Below are positions 18,154 through 27,868 of a DNA stretch of 64,000 bases, piece after piece. The position numbers were made by a program, and so were the translations under genes. Numbering within the stretch: the stretch's first letter is position 1; each line of letters starts with the position of its first letter. Source of the DNA: an uncultured Gemmatimonadales bacterium (GTDB lineage: Bacteria > Gemmatimonadota > Gemmatimonadetes > Longimicrobiales > RSA9); contig CAVUKA010000001.1 of NCBI GenBank assembly GCA_963741945.1, positions 928,001 through 992,000 of the forward strand. Direction: 5' to 3'. The notes below the pieces were generated by a model. The model ran no database searches and was not told the DNA's origin. It was given only the letters and a program-made list of their open reading frames with translations.

Positions 18154-18960
18154 TCAGCCGGTCAGTCCCAGCACGTCCGCCATCAGGTAGCGCCCCGGCT
18201 CGCGGCCGGCCAGCCAGCGGGCCGCGACCAGCGCGCCCTCGGCGAACAGCTCCCGGGTCTGCGCGGCATGGGAGAGGGCGATGCGCTCGTGTCCGCCGAT
18301 GAAGTGGACCGTGTGCTCGCCGGCCACGTCGCCCCCGCGCAGCGCGTGGAATCCAATCTCACCGGTGGGTCGCGGGCCGGTCCGCCCGCTGCGCCCGTCC
18401 CGTCGCGCGTCCTCGAGATCGCCGCCCCGGCCGGCCGCCACCGCCCGCCCCAGGGCCAGCGCCGTGCCGCTGGGCGCGTCCTCCTTCCGCCGGTGGTGCG
18501 TCTCGACCACTTCCACGTCGTACGCCTCCGGGCCCAGCGCGCGCGCCGCCGTCTCCACCAGTCGCAGCAGGAGGTTCACGCCCACACTGAAATTCGCCGC
18601 CACGAGCACGGCGCCGGCGGCCGCTGCGCCGTCGAGCGCCGCTCCGGTGTCATCATCGATGCCGGTAGTGCCCACCAGCAGGGCGCGCCCCGCCAGCGCG
18701 CCACCGTGGCGCCGGAGCAGCGTGGCCAGGTAGGCGGGGGCGGAAAAGTCGATCACGGCCGCGGCCCGCTCGATGAGCGGCCCGGCGTCATCCATGGACA
18801 CGAGCGCATCGTAGCCCAGCTCGACGGAGTCGTGCTCGTCGGCGTCGGGGGCGATCCCGCCGATCCCGCGCAGGTCGTCCGCATCGCGGATGAGGGCGCC
18901 GAGCGTCCGTCCCATGCGGCCGGTCGCGCCGGAGACCACGATGTCGAGCGGCGTGCTCAC
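18154..18960 (-). CDS. dapB: 4-hydroxy-tetrahydrodipicolinate reductase
   Basis: GATGRMG, DFS, GTTG, ETHHRRKEDAPSGTA, RGGDVAGEH. Confidence 0.96.
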   Translation of the reverse strand: MSTPLDIVVSGATGRMGRTLGALIRDADDLRGIGGIAPDADEHDSVELGYDALVSMDDAGPLIERAAAVIDFSAPAYLATLLRRHGGALAGRALLVGTTGIDDDTGAALDGAAAAGAVLVAANFSVGVNLLLRLVETAARALGPEAYDVEVVETHHRRKEDAPSGTALALGRAVAAGRGGDLEDARRDGRSGRTGPRPTGEIGFHALRGGDVAGEHTVHFIGGHERIALSHAAQTRELFAEGALVAARWLAGREPGRYLMADVLGLTG

Positions 18961-19853
18961 GACCGCGGCTCCAGCCCCACACCTCTCGCCGCGGCCACGA
19001 GCCGGTCTCGCTCTTCCTGCGTCAGCGGCACGAGAGGGAGCCGGAGCGGCCCCACATCGAAGCCGAGCCAGCCGGTGAGCGTCTTGACGGGGATCGGGTT
19101 CGAGACGGCGAAAAGCGCTCGGATGAGCGGGAGGTAGCGCAGCTGGAGGTCGGTGGCGGTGCCCGTGTCGCCTTCCAGGTACGCGTGGACCATCCGGCTC
19201 GTGTCCGCCGGCGCCACGTTCCCCAGCACACTGATCACGCCCCGGCCGCCCAGGGACAGCACGGGCAGGACCTGGTCATCGTTCCCGCTCCACAGTGTGA
19301 GGCGATCCCGGACCAGCGCGGCAAGGTCCGCGATGAGCGACAGATCGCCCGAGGCTTCCTTGACCCCGAGCACGCGCTCGTCCTGCGCCAGCTCCGCCAC
19401 CGTGGAGGGCGCGATCGGCACCGCCGTCCGCCCGGGCACGTTGTAGATGATGGCGGGCAGCTCCCCCGCGTTCATCACGGCCCGGAAATGCGCGATCAGG
19501 CCACGCTGCGGCGGCTTGTTGTACGGGGGGGCGCTGAGCAGCAGCGCGTCCGCGCCCGCCTTCCTCGCCCCTTCCGCCAGCCGCGAAACCATCGCGGTGT
19601 CGCTCCCGCCGCAGCCGGCGATCACCGGCACCTGACCCGCCACTTCTTCCGCCACCACGGCCACCGCTCGTGCCTGCTCCTCCGGCGTCATCACGGCCGC
19701 TTCACCGGTCGAGCCGCAGACGATCAGCGCGTCCGTGCCTTCGTCCATGTGGAAGCGGACCAGCTGCCGCAGCACCGCCGCATTCACACCGCCCTCGTCG
19801 AACGGCGTGATCAGGGCCACGCCGGATCCGCTGAACAACGGTTCTCTTGCCAT
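18957..19853 (-). CDS. dapA: 4-hydroxy-tetrahydrodipicolinate synthase
   Basis: ALITPF, GSTGE, PPYNKP, YNVPGRT, GVKEASG, NPIPVK; coupled to dapB. Confidence 0.96.
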   Translation of the reverse strand: MAREPLFSGSGVALITPFDEGGVNAAVLRQLVRFHMDEGTDALIVCGSTGEAAVMTPEEQARAVAVVAEEVAGQVPVIAGCGGSDTAMVSRLAEGARKAGADALLLSAPPYNKPPQRGLIAHFRAVMNAGELPAIIYNVPGRTAVPIAPSTVAELAQDERVLGVKEASGDLSLIADLAALVRDRLTLWSGNDDQVLPVLSLGGRGVISVLGNVAPADTSRMVHAYLEGDTGTATDLQLRYLPLIRALFAVSNPIPVKTLTGWLGFDVGPLRLPLVPLTQEERDRLVAAARGVGLEPRS

Positions 19854-20132
19854 TTACGGGTTGTTCAGGTCGTGGAGGTCGCCCGGCGTCGCATCGCCAC
19901 CCGGGTCGTCGGTCGCCAGGTCCCGCTCCGTCATGTCCTCGAAATCCTCCTGCACCTCGTCCGGCGCCCTGGACGCATCGAAGCGGCGGAAGACCTGGTT
20001 CCCGCACTTCTCGCACGTGAGGTCCGGTGGCGGAGACTCCCCGTCCACGAACTCGTAATCCCGCCCGCACTCCAGGCACGTCATCACCAGCACATCGTTC
20101 CGCTCCTCGCCGCCTCGTCCGCTCTCCGCCAT
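19854..20132 (-). CDS. Small zinc-ribbon protein with acidic tail
   Basis: AAGGAG RBS; CLEC-x17-CEKC; stop abuts the dapA start. Confidence 0.75.
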   Translation of the reverse strand: MAESGRGGEERNDVLVMTCLECGRDYEFVDGESPPPDLTCEKCGNQVFRRFDASRAPDEVQEDFEDMTERDLATDDPGGDATPGDLHDLNNP

Positions 20133-20176
20133 GGCGCTGCTCCTTGGCTGCATTCCCGGATCAACGCTGTCCCGAG

Positions 20177-20192
20177 CGCAAGATCTCTGCCG
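20177..20192 (-). promoter_or_regulatory. Sigma54 promoter candidate (Zn-ribbon-dap operon)
   Basis: Minus strand CGGCAGAGATCTTGCG (GG-N10-GC), 45 bp upstream of ATG 20132. Confidence 0.55.
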
Positions 20193-20323
20193 GCTTCTGT
20201 CCTGCCCTGCCACCCCGCCATATCTTCTTCGCGCCGCCGGCCCTGGCGCCTGCCCCGCGCCGTCAAGGATACCCGCACGAACCAGCGGCAGCAACGACCG
20301 GATCCCCCAACGGAGCCACGCGC

Positions 20324-21163
20324 ATGGACCCACGGGAGCTCGAGCGGGTCACCCTGGAAGCCGCCCGCAAGGCCGTCGACGTGCACGTCGCCGAAGCGGG
20401 CACGCTCGACCCGAGCGAATGGGCGGAGAAGGGCACGGCGGACTTCGTCACCCGGGTGGACCGGGAGGCCGAGGCCCGGGTGGTGGAGCATATCCGCTCC
20501 TCCTTCCCCTCTCACGACATCCTGGCGGAGGAGTCCGCCGCGGTCGAGGATGCCGCAGCGCTCCGGGCGCGCTTCGACACGGCCGAGTGGCTGTGGATCG
20601 TGGACCCGCTGGACGGGACCACCAACTACCTCCACGACTATCCCATGTACGCCGCCTCCGTGGCCGTGGCGCACCGGGGCGACATCGTGGCCGGCGCCGT
20701 TGTCGACGGCACCACGGGCGCCGAGTGGAGCGCCCGGCTGGGGGATGGCGCCCGCCTCGATGGCGAGCTGATCCAGGTGTCTTCCACGCAGCGCCTCGAC
20801 CGCGCGCTCGTCGGCACGGGTTTCCCCTTCAAGGTGCTCCACCTCCTCCCGGCCTACCTCCGCCAGTTCAAGGCGGTCATCCGGCGCACCTCCGGCGTTC
20901 GGCGAGGCGGCTCGGCCGCGCTCGACCTGTGCCACCTGGCAACCGGCTGGCTCGACGGGTTCTGGGAGCTCTGGCTCGCCCCCTGGGACATCGCGGCGGG
21001 CACCCTCATCGTGCGCGAAGCGGGCGGGGTGGTCACGTCCGTGGACGGCGACCCGGACGTGCGCGCCGGCGGCGCGATCCTGGCCGGGAACCCGGCCATC
21101 CACCGCGAGCTCGGGCGGCTCCTGGCCACGGCAGCCGGAGCGCACGAGCCGGAAACCGGCTGA
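20324..21163 (+). CDS. suhB: Inositol monophosphatase family (SuhB)
   Basis: DFVT, LAEE, WIVDPLDGTTNY, GSAALDL, WDIAAG. Confidence 0.92.
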   Translation: MDPRELERVTLEAARKAVDVHVAEAGTLDPSEWAEKGTADFVTRVDREAEARVVEHIRSSFPSHDILAEESAAVEDAAALRARFDTAEWLWIVDPLDGTTNYLHDYPMYAASVAVAHRGDIVAGAVVDGTTGAEWSARLGDGARLDGELIQVSSTQRLDRALVGTGFPFKVLHLLPAYLRQFKAVIRRTSGVRRGGSAALDLCHLATGWLDGFWELWLAPWDIAAGTLIVREAGGVVTSVDGDPDVRAGGAILAGNPAIHRELGRLLATAAGAHEPETG

Positions 21164-21271
21164 GCGGCGCCGGCCACCGCACTGGTTTGGCCCGGCGCCC
21201 GCGGCACGGCTACATTCGCCAGGCGACCAGCCGCCCCACCCCGACCCACGACAGAGACCGGAGCCGCTGCC

Positions 21272-24244
21272 ATGCCCCGAACACCGCCCCTCCCAGCGGG
21301 GGCTGCCGTCGCCATCACGCGCGCGGCCGCCCTCGTCGCCTGCGCAAGCTTCCTTCTCCCCGCGTCCTCCACCGCCCAGGCGCCGGACCGCCACGCGCGC
21401 GTCCCGGACCTCTACCGCGAGCTCGCGTTCCGCGAGATCGGCCCGGCGGTGACGGGCGGGCGCATCCACGACATCGAAGCGCTCCCGTTCGATCCGTCGA
21501 CCCTGTACGTCGCGGCGGCCACGGGCGGGATCTGGAAGTCGACCAACAAGGGCACCACGTGGACCCCGATCTTCGATGATCAGCCGAACAGCACGTTCGG
21601 CGACCTCGCCATCGCCCCGTCGGACCCGAACGTGATCTGGGCGGGGACGGGCGAGCAGAACAACCGGCAAAGCACGTCGTGGGGGAATGGCGTCTACCGG
21701 TCCACGGACGCAGGCAGGACGTGGACGCACCTGGGGCTCGCCCAGACGCGGCACATCGGCAGGATCGTCGTGCACCCCACGAACCCGGACGTGGCCTGGG
21801 TCGCCGCGCAGGGCAACCTCTGGGCGCCGGGCCCCGACCGCGGCGTCTACATGACGACCGACGGCGGGAGACACTGGCAGAAGACGCTGTTCGTGGACAC
21901 GCTCACCGGCGCCACGGACCTGGCCATGGACGCCTGTGACCCGAACACCCTGTACGCGGCCACGTACCAGCGGCTACGACGCACCTGGGGGTTCAACGGG
22001 GGCGGCCCCGGGAGCGGGATCTGGAAGAGCACCGACGGCGGTCGCCAGTGGCAGCGGATCGAGGCCGGCCTCCCGGCGGGTGATCGGGGGCGGATCGGCA
22101 TCGCGGCCGCGGCCGACCTGTGCGGGATCGTGAACGCCATCGTGGAGCACCCAGTCGCCGGGGGCGTATACCGCACGGAGGACGGCGGGGCCACCTGGTC
22201 GCGGATGAGCGACCGCGACATCCGGCCCATGTACTACAGCACGATCTACATCGACCCGACGGATGCCAACCGCGTCTACACCCTCGCCACCTACTCGGGT
22301 CGCAGCGAGGACGGGGGCCGCACGTGGACGGATGTGTCGGGCCGCATCGCCTACGACGTGGGCGTCCACAGCGATCACCACGCCATGTGGATCGACCCGC
22401 GCAACCCGGAGCACTACTACCTGGGCGGCGACGGTGGGCTTTACGAGACGTGGGACCGGGGCGCCAGCTACATCCGCATGAACAACATCCCGGTCGCGCA
22501 GGCCTACGCCATCGGCGCCGACATGCGGGACCCATACTGGCTCTACGTGGGGCTGCAGGACAACCACTCGTGGATGGGCCCCAGCGCCACGCGCCACTGG
22601 GCCGGGATTCTCGGCGGCGACTGGCGGCAGATCGGGTTCAGCGATGGCATGTACCAGCAGGCCGACGCCAGCGGGCGCTACATCTACAGCAACAACGAGA
22701 ACGGCGGCTACACGCGCGTCGACGCGTTCACGGGCGACCGCATGGACATCCGCCCGGTTCCGCCGGAGGAAGAGCCCGGGTACCGCTTCGACTGGGTGGC
22801 GCCCAGCCTCCTCTCCCGGCACGATCCGAACACGTTCTACGCGGGCGGCAACCGCCTCTTCATCTCCCACGACCGCGGCCTGACCTGGGCGCGGACGCCG
22901 GACCTCACGCGCCAGGTCGACCGGGACACCCTCACCCTCATGGGCGTACGGGGCGCCGACATCACGATCTCGAAGAACGACGGCACGGCCAGCTATGGCG
23001 AGATCGTGACCATCGCCGAGTCGCCTCTGGAATCGCGGGTCCTCTGGGTTGGCGTCGACGATGGCAGCCTGCTCGTCTCCCGGGATCGCGGCGACATGTG
23101 GACGCGGGTGGACCGCAACGTCCGCGGTGTGCCCGAGGGGACGTACGTCAGCCGGGTCATCGGATCCCGGCGCGGCCCCGGCGTCGCCTACGCCACCTTC
23201 GACGCGCACCGTGATGGGAACTTCGCGCCCTACGTTTTCCGGACTTCCGACTTCGGCCGCACCTGGACGCCCCTCACTCACGGGCTGGACCCGGAAGGCT
23301 CGGTCAACGTGATCGTGGAGCACCCGGCCAACCCGGACATCCTCTTCCTCGGCACCGAGCACGCCCTCTGGGCTTCCAGCGACGCGGGTGGCTCCTGGCA
23401 GCGATTTGGCGCCAACCTTCCCACCACGGCCTATGACGACCTCCTGATCCACCCGCGGGACGGCGACCTGATCGCCGCCACGCACGGCCGCGGAATCTGG
23501 ATCCTGGACGATGCTTCGGCCGTGGCCCACGCCCCCGCGCCCGACGACGACGTCCTCTTCCCCGTCCGCGAGGCCACCATCAAGCAGTTCTGGAAGGACA
23601 CATCGTATCGCGGGATGGCGGACTGGGCGGGCGGGAACCCGCCGGACGGGGCGATCCTCGACTATTTCCTGGCGCTCCCGGCAGAAAACGCTCGCCTTGT
23701 CATCACCCGCGGCGACGACACTGTTCGCGTTCTCGATGTCAGCGGCGGAGCCGGCGTGGTCCACCGCGTGGTCTGGGACCTCCGCCACGCGCCCCTGGAG
23801 CCGGGCACCCCGGCCACGTCTCCGAGCGACAACGCGGCGCTCCCGCACCCCACCGGTCCGCGCGGACCGCTCGTCTCCCCCGGCAGCTATGCGGTCACGC
23901 TCGAAGCGGACGGCCGTCGCGCTCGCCGCCCGCTCGTGGTGCGTGGCGATCCTCTCATGCCCATGCTGACCGGCGCCGACTACCGTGCCCGGGAAGCGTT
24001 TCTGCTCGGGACCATGGAGCTCCAGCGCCAGGCCGCGGCGGCCGCCGCGGCGCGCCCGGCCGGAGCCGACGGACGGGCTGATCTGGCGCGCGTCCGGCGC
24101 GAAGCCGGCGCGCTGTTCCGGGAGATGGAAGGCGGAGGCGTGCAGCCGGGCACGCTCTACCCGCCGACGCCGGAGCAGCGGCGTCGGCTCGAATCGCTGC
24201 GCGAGCGTTTGACGGAGGCGAACGCGGGCGCCGGCTCGGTGTAG
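21272..24244 (+). CDS. Secreted VPS10/sortilin-like BNR (Asp-box) repeat beta-propeller protein
   Basis: Signal peptide; FREIGPAVTGGRI; many S/T-x-D-x-G-x-T-W Asp-boxes; GLQDN, ATHGRG. Confidence 0.88.
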   Translation: MPRTPPLPAGAAVAITRAAALVACASFLLPASSTAQAPDRHARVPDLYRELAFREIGPAVTGGRIHDIEALPFDPSTLYVAAATGGIWKSTNKGTTWTPIFDDQPNSTFGDLAIAPSDPNVIWAGTGEQNNRQSTSWGNGVYRSTDAGRTWTHLGLAQTRHIGRIVVHPTNPDVAWVAAQGNLWAPGPDRGVYMTTDGGRHWQKTLFVDTLTGATDLAMDACDPNTLYAATYQRLRRTWGFNGGGPGSGIWKSTDGGRQWQRIEAGLPAGDRGRIGIAAAADLCGIVNAIVEHPVAGGVYRTEDGGATWSRMSDRDIRPMYYSTIYIDPTDANRVYTLATYSGRSEDGGRTWTDVSGRIAYDVGVHSDHHAMWIDPRNPEHYYLGGDGGLYETWDRGASYIRMNNIPVAQAYAIGADMRDPYWLYVGLQDNHSWMGPSATRHWAGILGGDWRQIGFSDGMYQQADASGRYIYSNNENGGYTRVDAFTGDRMDIRPVPPEEEPGYRFDWVAPSLLSRHDPNTFYAGGNRLFISHDRGLTWARTPDLTRQVDRDTLTLMGVRGADITISKNDGTASYGEIVTIAESPLESRVLWVGVDDGSLLVSRDRGDMWTRVDRNVRGVPEGTYVSRVIGSRRGPGVAYATFDAHRDGNFAPYVFRTSDFGRTWTPLTHGLDPEGSVNVIVEHPANPDILFLGTEHALWASSDAGGSWQRFGANLPTTAYDDLLIHPRDGDLIAATHGRGIWILDDASAVAHAPAPDDDVLFPVREATIKQFWKDTSYRGMADWAGGNPPDGAILDYFLALPAENARLVITRGDDTVRVLDVSGGAGVVHRVVWDLRHAPLEPGTPATSPSDNAALPHPTGPRGPLVSPGSYAVTLEADGRRARRPLVVRGDPLMPMLTGADYRAREAFLLGTMELQRQAAAAAAARPAGADGRADLARVRREAGALFREMEGGGVQPGTLYPPTPEQRRRLESLRERLTEANAGAGSV

Positions 24245-24252
24245 GAGCGAGA

Positions 24253-26469
24253 ATGAGCAAGCCAAACCGGAGATGGAAGCGCACGTTCTTCGCCGTGGGC
24301 GGTCTCGGCGTGCTGGCGCTCGTGGGCGGCGCCACGGGCGGGGCCGTCGGGTCGTGGCGTACCGTCTGCTACGACTGTCCCTCCATCGCGCAGCTGTACA
24401 GCTGGGAGCCGCGGCAATCCACGAAGATCTACAGCCAGGATGGTGTGGTCCTCGACGAGCTCGCCGTGGAGCGCCGGACGCCGGTGGACATCGACAGTCT
24501 CCCGGACTACGTCCCGCACGCGTTCATCGCCATCGAGGACAAGCGCTTCTATCACCACCCCGGCTTCGACATCTGGGGCTACGCCCGCGCGGCGAGGAAT
24601 CAGCTGCTCGGTGGCTCGGGTGGCGGGAGCACCATCACGCTCCAGCTCGCCCGCCACATGTTCATCGACGAGGTGGGCTTCGACCACTCGCTGCGGCGCA
24701 AGCTCAAGGAGCTCCATGTCGCCATGGACCTGGAGCGGGTCTACTCCAAGGACCAGATCCTCCAGGCCTACATCAACCAGGTCAACTACGACCAGGGCTG
24801 GTACGGCATCGAGTCGGCGTCCGAGAACTACTTCGGCAAGCGTGCTTCCGAGCTGAATCCGGCGGAGGCGGCCATGCTCGCGGCCGTCATCAACCTCCCG
24901 GCCTACTACAATCCGCTCAAGCACCCGGAGCGCGCGCTCGAGCGGCGCAATCTCGTGCTCACGCTCATGGCGAAGCAGGGATACCTCACGAAGACCGAGG
25001 CCGCGCGGTGGAAGCAGGAGCCGGTGCCGACCACCAGGGCCGAGTTCGGCGCGGGCGACATCGCCCCGTACTTCACCGAATGGGTCCGCGGCATCCTCGA
25101 CGACCGCTTCGGCTCGGCGATCTACAGCAAGGGGTATCGCGTCTACACCTCGCTCGATGTGGGCATGCAGGAGCAGGCGCGCGAGGCAATGCAGAAGGGG
25201 TGGCACCGGATCGAGACCGCCCCCGGCTTCAAGCACCCGCTCTACGGTGACTCCGTTCCCGAGGGCCAGCTGGCTTCCGGCACCACCCCGTACCTGCAGG
25301 GGATGTTCATCGCGCTCGACCCGAAGAACGGGGACGTCGAGGCGATGATCGGAGGCCGCGATTTCCGCGATTCCAAGTTCAACCGGGCCACGCAGGCTCG
25401 CCGGCAGCCCGGCTCCGTGTTCAAGCCCTTCGTCTACACGGCCGCCATCGCCAGCGGGATCCCGGCGTCGCACGTCATCCTGGACGCGCCCATCAACGTG
25501 GACATGCCCGATGGCACCACATGGTCTCCACGGAACTATACCAACGATTTCCGGGGCGAGATGACGCTCCGCGACGCGCTGCGTGGCTCGGTGAACGTGG
25601 TGGCCGTGAAGCTCGGGCTGGAGGTCGGCCTCGAGACGGTGGCCCAGTACGCCAAGCGCATGGGGATCTCCACCGACATCCCGCGCGTGCCATCACTCCC
25701 CATTGGCGTGCCAACCGTCCTGCCCATCGACGTGGCCAAGGCGTATACCACGTTCGCGAACCTCGGCGACCGCGTCACGCCGCGCCCGATCCTCCGCGTC
25801 GAGGACGCGGACGGGAACATGCTCTGGCAGGTCGAGCCGCAGCGCGAGCGCGTCCTCGACCCCAAGGTGGCCTACATCATGGTCGACATGATGAAGGACG
25901 TGGTGGACGCCGGCAGCGGGCGCTCCATTCGCGACCCGTGGCGGGGCAACGTCCCGGACACCCTCCCCGTCGCGGGCAAGACGGGCACCACGAACGACGG
26001 CTCGGATGTCTGGTTCGCCGGGTACACTCCCGACCTCCTCGCCGTGGCATGGTTCGGCTTCGACCTGCCACAGCCGATCCTCCCGAGCGCGACCGGAGGC
26101 GGCTACGCCGCGCCCGCGTGGGCCGACTTCATCCGGCCCATCTACTTCGGAAAGGACCACCAGAAGGGCGCCGACAGCACGGATCTGGCCGCGGCCGAAG
26201 TCCCGCGCCGGCCGATCCCGCCCGACTGGACCCGGCCTGAAGGCTTGACCACGGCGGTCATCGACAGGGGAACGGGCAAGCTCCTGACCGAGTGGTGTCC
26301 GCCCGAATCCCGTCTCGAGGAAGTCTACCTCCCGGGAACCGAGCCGACGGAGCTCTGCGACGTCCACGCCCCCGGGCTGTTCGGCGCCCCCCTTCGGGGA
26401 CTCCCGCAGCAGCTCCCGGGCGACAGCTTTCCGGCGGACACGCTGGTCCCGGACACGGCGGCGCCGTAG
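24253..26469 (+). CDS. Class A penicillin-binding protein (PBP1A family)
   Basis: EDKRFYHH, GGSTITLQL, RKLKE (GT51 domain); SVFK, SVN, KTG (transpeptidase). Confidence 0.95.
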   Translation: MSKPNRRWKRTFFAVGGLGVLALVGGATGGAVGSWRTVCYDCPSIAQLYSWEPRQSTKIYSQDGVVLDELAVERRTPVDIDSLPDYVPHAFIAIEDKRFYHHPGFDIWGYARAARNQLLGGSGGGSTITLQLARHMFIDEVGFDHSLRRKLKELHVAMDLERVYSKDQILQAYINQVNYDQGWYGIESASENYFGKRASELNPAEAAMLAAVINLPAYYNPLKHPERALERRNLVLTLMAKQGYLTKTEAARWKQEPVPTTRAEFGAGDIAPYFTEWVRGILDDRFGSAIYSKGYRVYTSLDVGMQEQAREAMQKGWHRIETAPGFKHPLYGDSVPEGQLASGTTPYLQGMFIALDPKNGDVEAMIGGRDFRDSKFNRATQARRQPGSVFKPFVYTAAIASGIPASHVILDAPINVDMPDGTTWSPRNYTNDFRGEMTLRDALRGSVNVVAVKLGLEVGLETVAQYAKRMGISTDIPRVPSLPIGVPTVLPIDVAKAYTTFANLGDRVTPRPILRVEDADGNMLWQVEPQRERVLDPKVAYIMVDMMKDVVDAGSGRSIRDPWRGNVPDTLPVAGKTGTTNDGSDVWFAGYTPDLLAVAWFGFDLPQPILPSATGGGYAAPAWADFIRPIYFGKDHQKGADSTDLAAAEVPRRPIPPDWTRPEGLTTAVIDRGTGKLLTEWCPPESRLEEVYLPGTEPTELCDVHAPGLFGAPLRGLPQQLPGDSFPADTLVPDTAAP

Positions 26470-26535
26470 AGGCAGCGCCAACCCGCGACCCTGGCTCGCG
26501 AGCCTTCGCGGGCGAAGGCGCGGCCTGTCCCCGCT

Positions 26536-27867
26536 TCAGCCGGCCAGGCGCTCCTCGCCTGCCGCCGTGACCCGGTGCGAGATCAGCGGCCGACTTCGGG
26601 GCTCGCCCTCCCCGATCGTGATGGCCGCCCGCAGCGCGCGCTCGGCATGCTCCGCCGCCGCGGCGTCCGCCGCGTGCACTTCCGCCAGCGGATCGCCAGG
26701 CTCCACGCGGTCGCCCGGGAATGCGTGGAGCAGGAAGCCCACGCGCGGATCGATCTCGTCCTCCATGGTGGACCGCCCCGCCCCCAGCGCCACGGCCGCG
26801 TCGCCGATCGCTCGCGTGTCCATGCCCAGCACCCGACCGCCGCGCTCGGCCGTCACAGTCCTGCGCAGCGGAGCCGTGGGCAGACGATCGGGGTGATCCA
26901 GGACGGAAGCGTCGCCGTGCTGGGCGGTCACGACGCGAGCCAGCATTTCGAATGCGCGCCCGTCGTCCAGCGCGGCAGCGGCACGGTCGCGGGCATCCGC
27001 CGGATCTTCGGCCACCCCGGCCAACAGCGCCATCTCGGCCGTGAGGGCCAGCGTCACTTCCCGCAGGTCCGCCGGCCCACCACCCCGGAGAGCATCGAGC
27101 GACTCCCGGACTTCCAGGGCGTTGCCGACCGCGCGCCCCAGCGGTCGGTCCATGGCAGTCAATAGCGCCACCACCTCCCGCCCGTGCTCGTCGCCGATGC
27201 CCACCATCGCGCGGGCGAGCTCGAGCGCGCGCGCCTCCTCGGGGAGGAACGCCCCGTTCCCCACCTTGACGTCGAGCACCAGTGCGTCGATTCCCTCGGC
27301 GATCTTCTTGCTCATGATGCTCGCGGCGATGAGCGGGATGCTCTCCACCGTGGCGGTCACGTCCCGCAGCCGGTACAGCCTTCCGTCCAGCGGCGCGATC
27401 TCGGGAGTCTGGCTGATGAGCGCCAGCCCGAGCTCCGCCACCTGGGAGCGGAACGCGTCCAGCCCGAGGTCCAGCCGCAGGCCGGGGATCGACTCCAGCT
27501 TGTCCACCGTCCCGCCGCTGTGGCCCAGCCCGCGCCCGCTCATCATCGGCACCTGGATCCCCAGCGACGCCGCAAGCGGAGCCAGCACCAGCGAGACCTT
27601 GTCGCCGACGCCGCCCGTGGAGTGTTTGTCCACGCGCCGGCCAGGCACGCCGGTGAAGTCCACGCGGTGTCCGGAGCCGAGCATCACATCCACCAGGACG
27701 CGCAGCTCCTCCCGGTTCATGCCGCGGAAGTGGACGGCCATGAGAAACGCGGCCATCTGGTAGTCGGTCACATCGCCCGACTCGAAGCCGCGAAGAAAGC
27801 CAGCGAGAGCGGCCGCCGGAAGCGCCTCGCCGTCTCGCTTCCGGCGGATTACCTGCGGCGCGTGCAC
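26536..27867 (-). CDS. pdp: Thymidine/pyrimidine-nucleoside phosphorylase
   Basis: DKHSTGGVGDK, SGRGLGHSGGT, SIMSKK; GTG start just after the otsA stop. Confidence 0.94.
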   Translation of the reverse strand: MHAPQVIRRKRDGEALPAAALAGFLRGFESGDVTDYQMAAFLMAVHFRGMNREELRVLVDVMLGSGHRVDFTGVPGRRVDKHSTGGVGDKVSLVLAPLAASLGIQVPMMSGRGLGHSGGTVDKLESIPGLRLDLGLDAFRSQVAELGLALISQTPEIAPLDGRLYRLRDVTATVESIPLIAASIMSKKIAEGIDALVLDVKVGNGAFLPEEARALELARAMVGIGDEHGREVVALLTAMDRPLGRAVGNALEVRESLDALRGGGPADLREVTLALTAEMALLAGVAEDPADARDRAAAALDDGRAFEMLARVVTAQHGDASVLDHPDRLPTAPLRRTVTAERGGRVLGMDTRAIGDAAVALGAGRSTMEDEIDPRVGFLLHAFPGDRVEPGDPLAEVHAADAAAAEHAERALRAAITIGEGEPRSRPLISHRVTAAGEERLAG

Positions 27868-27868
27868 T

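Noticed and set aside
21974-24265. Long antisense ORFs (also 3828-5492, 5648-7300, 30950-33070, 41638-43788, 56588-58423, 62860-63810)
   Set aside because: Shadow frames opposite well-supported genes, expected at about 70% GC; no recognisable motifs.
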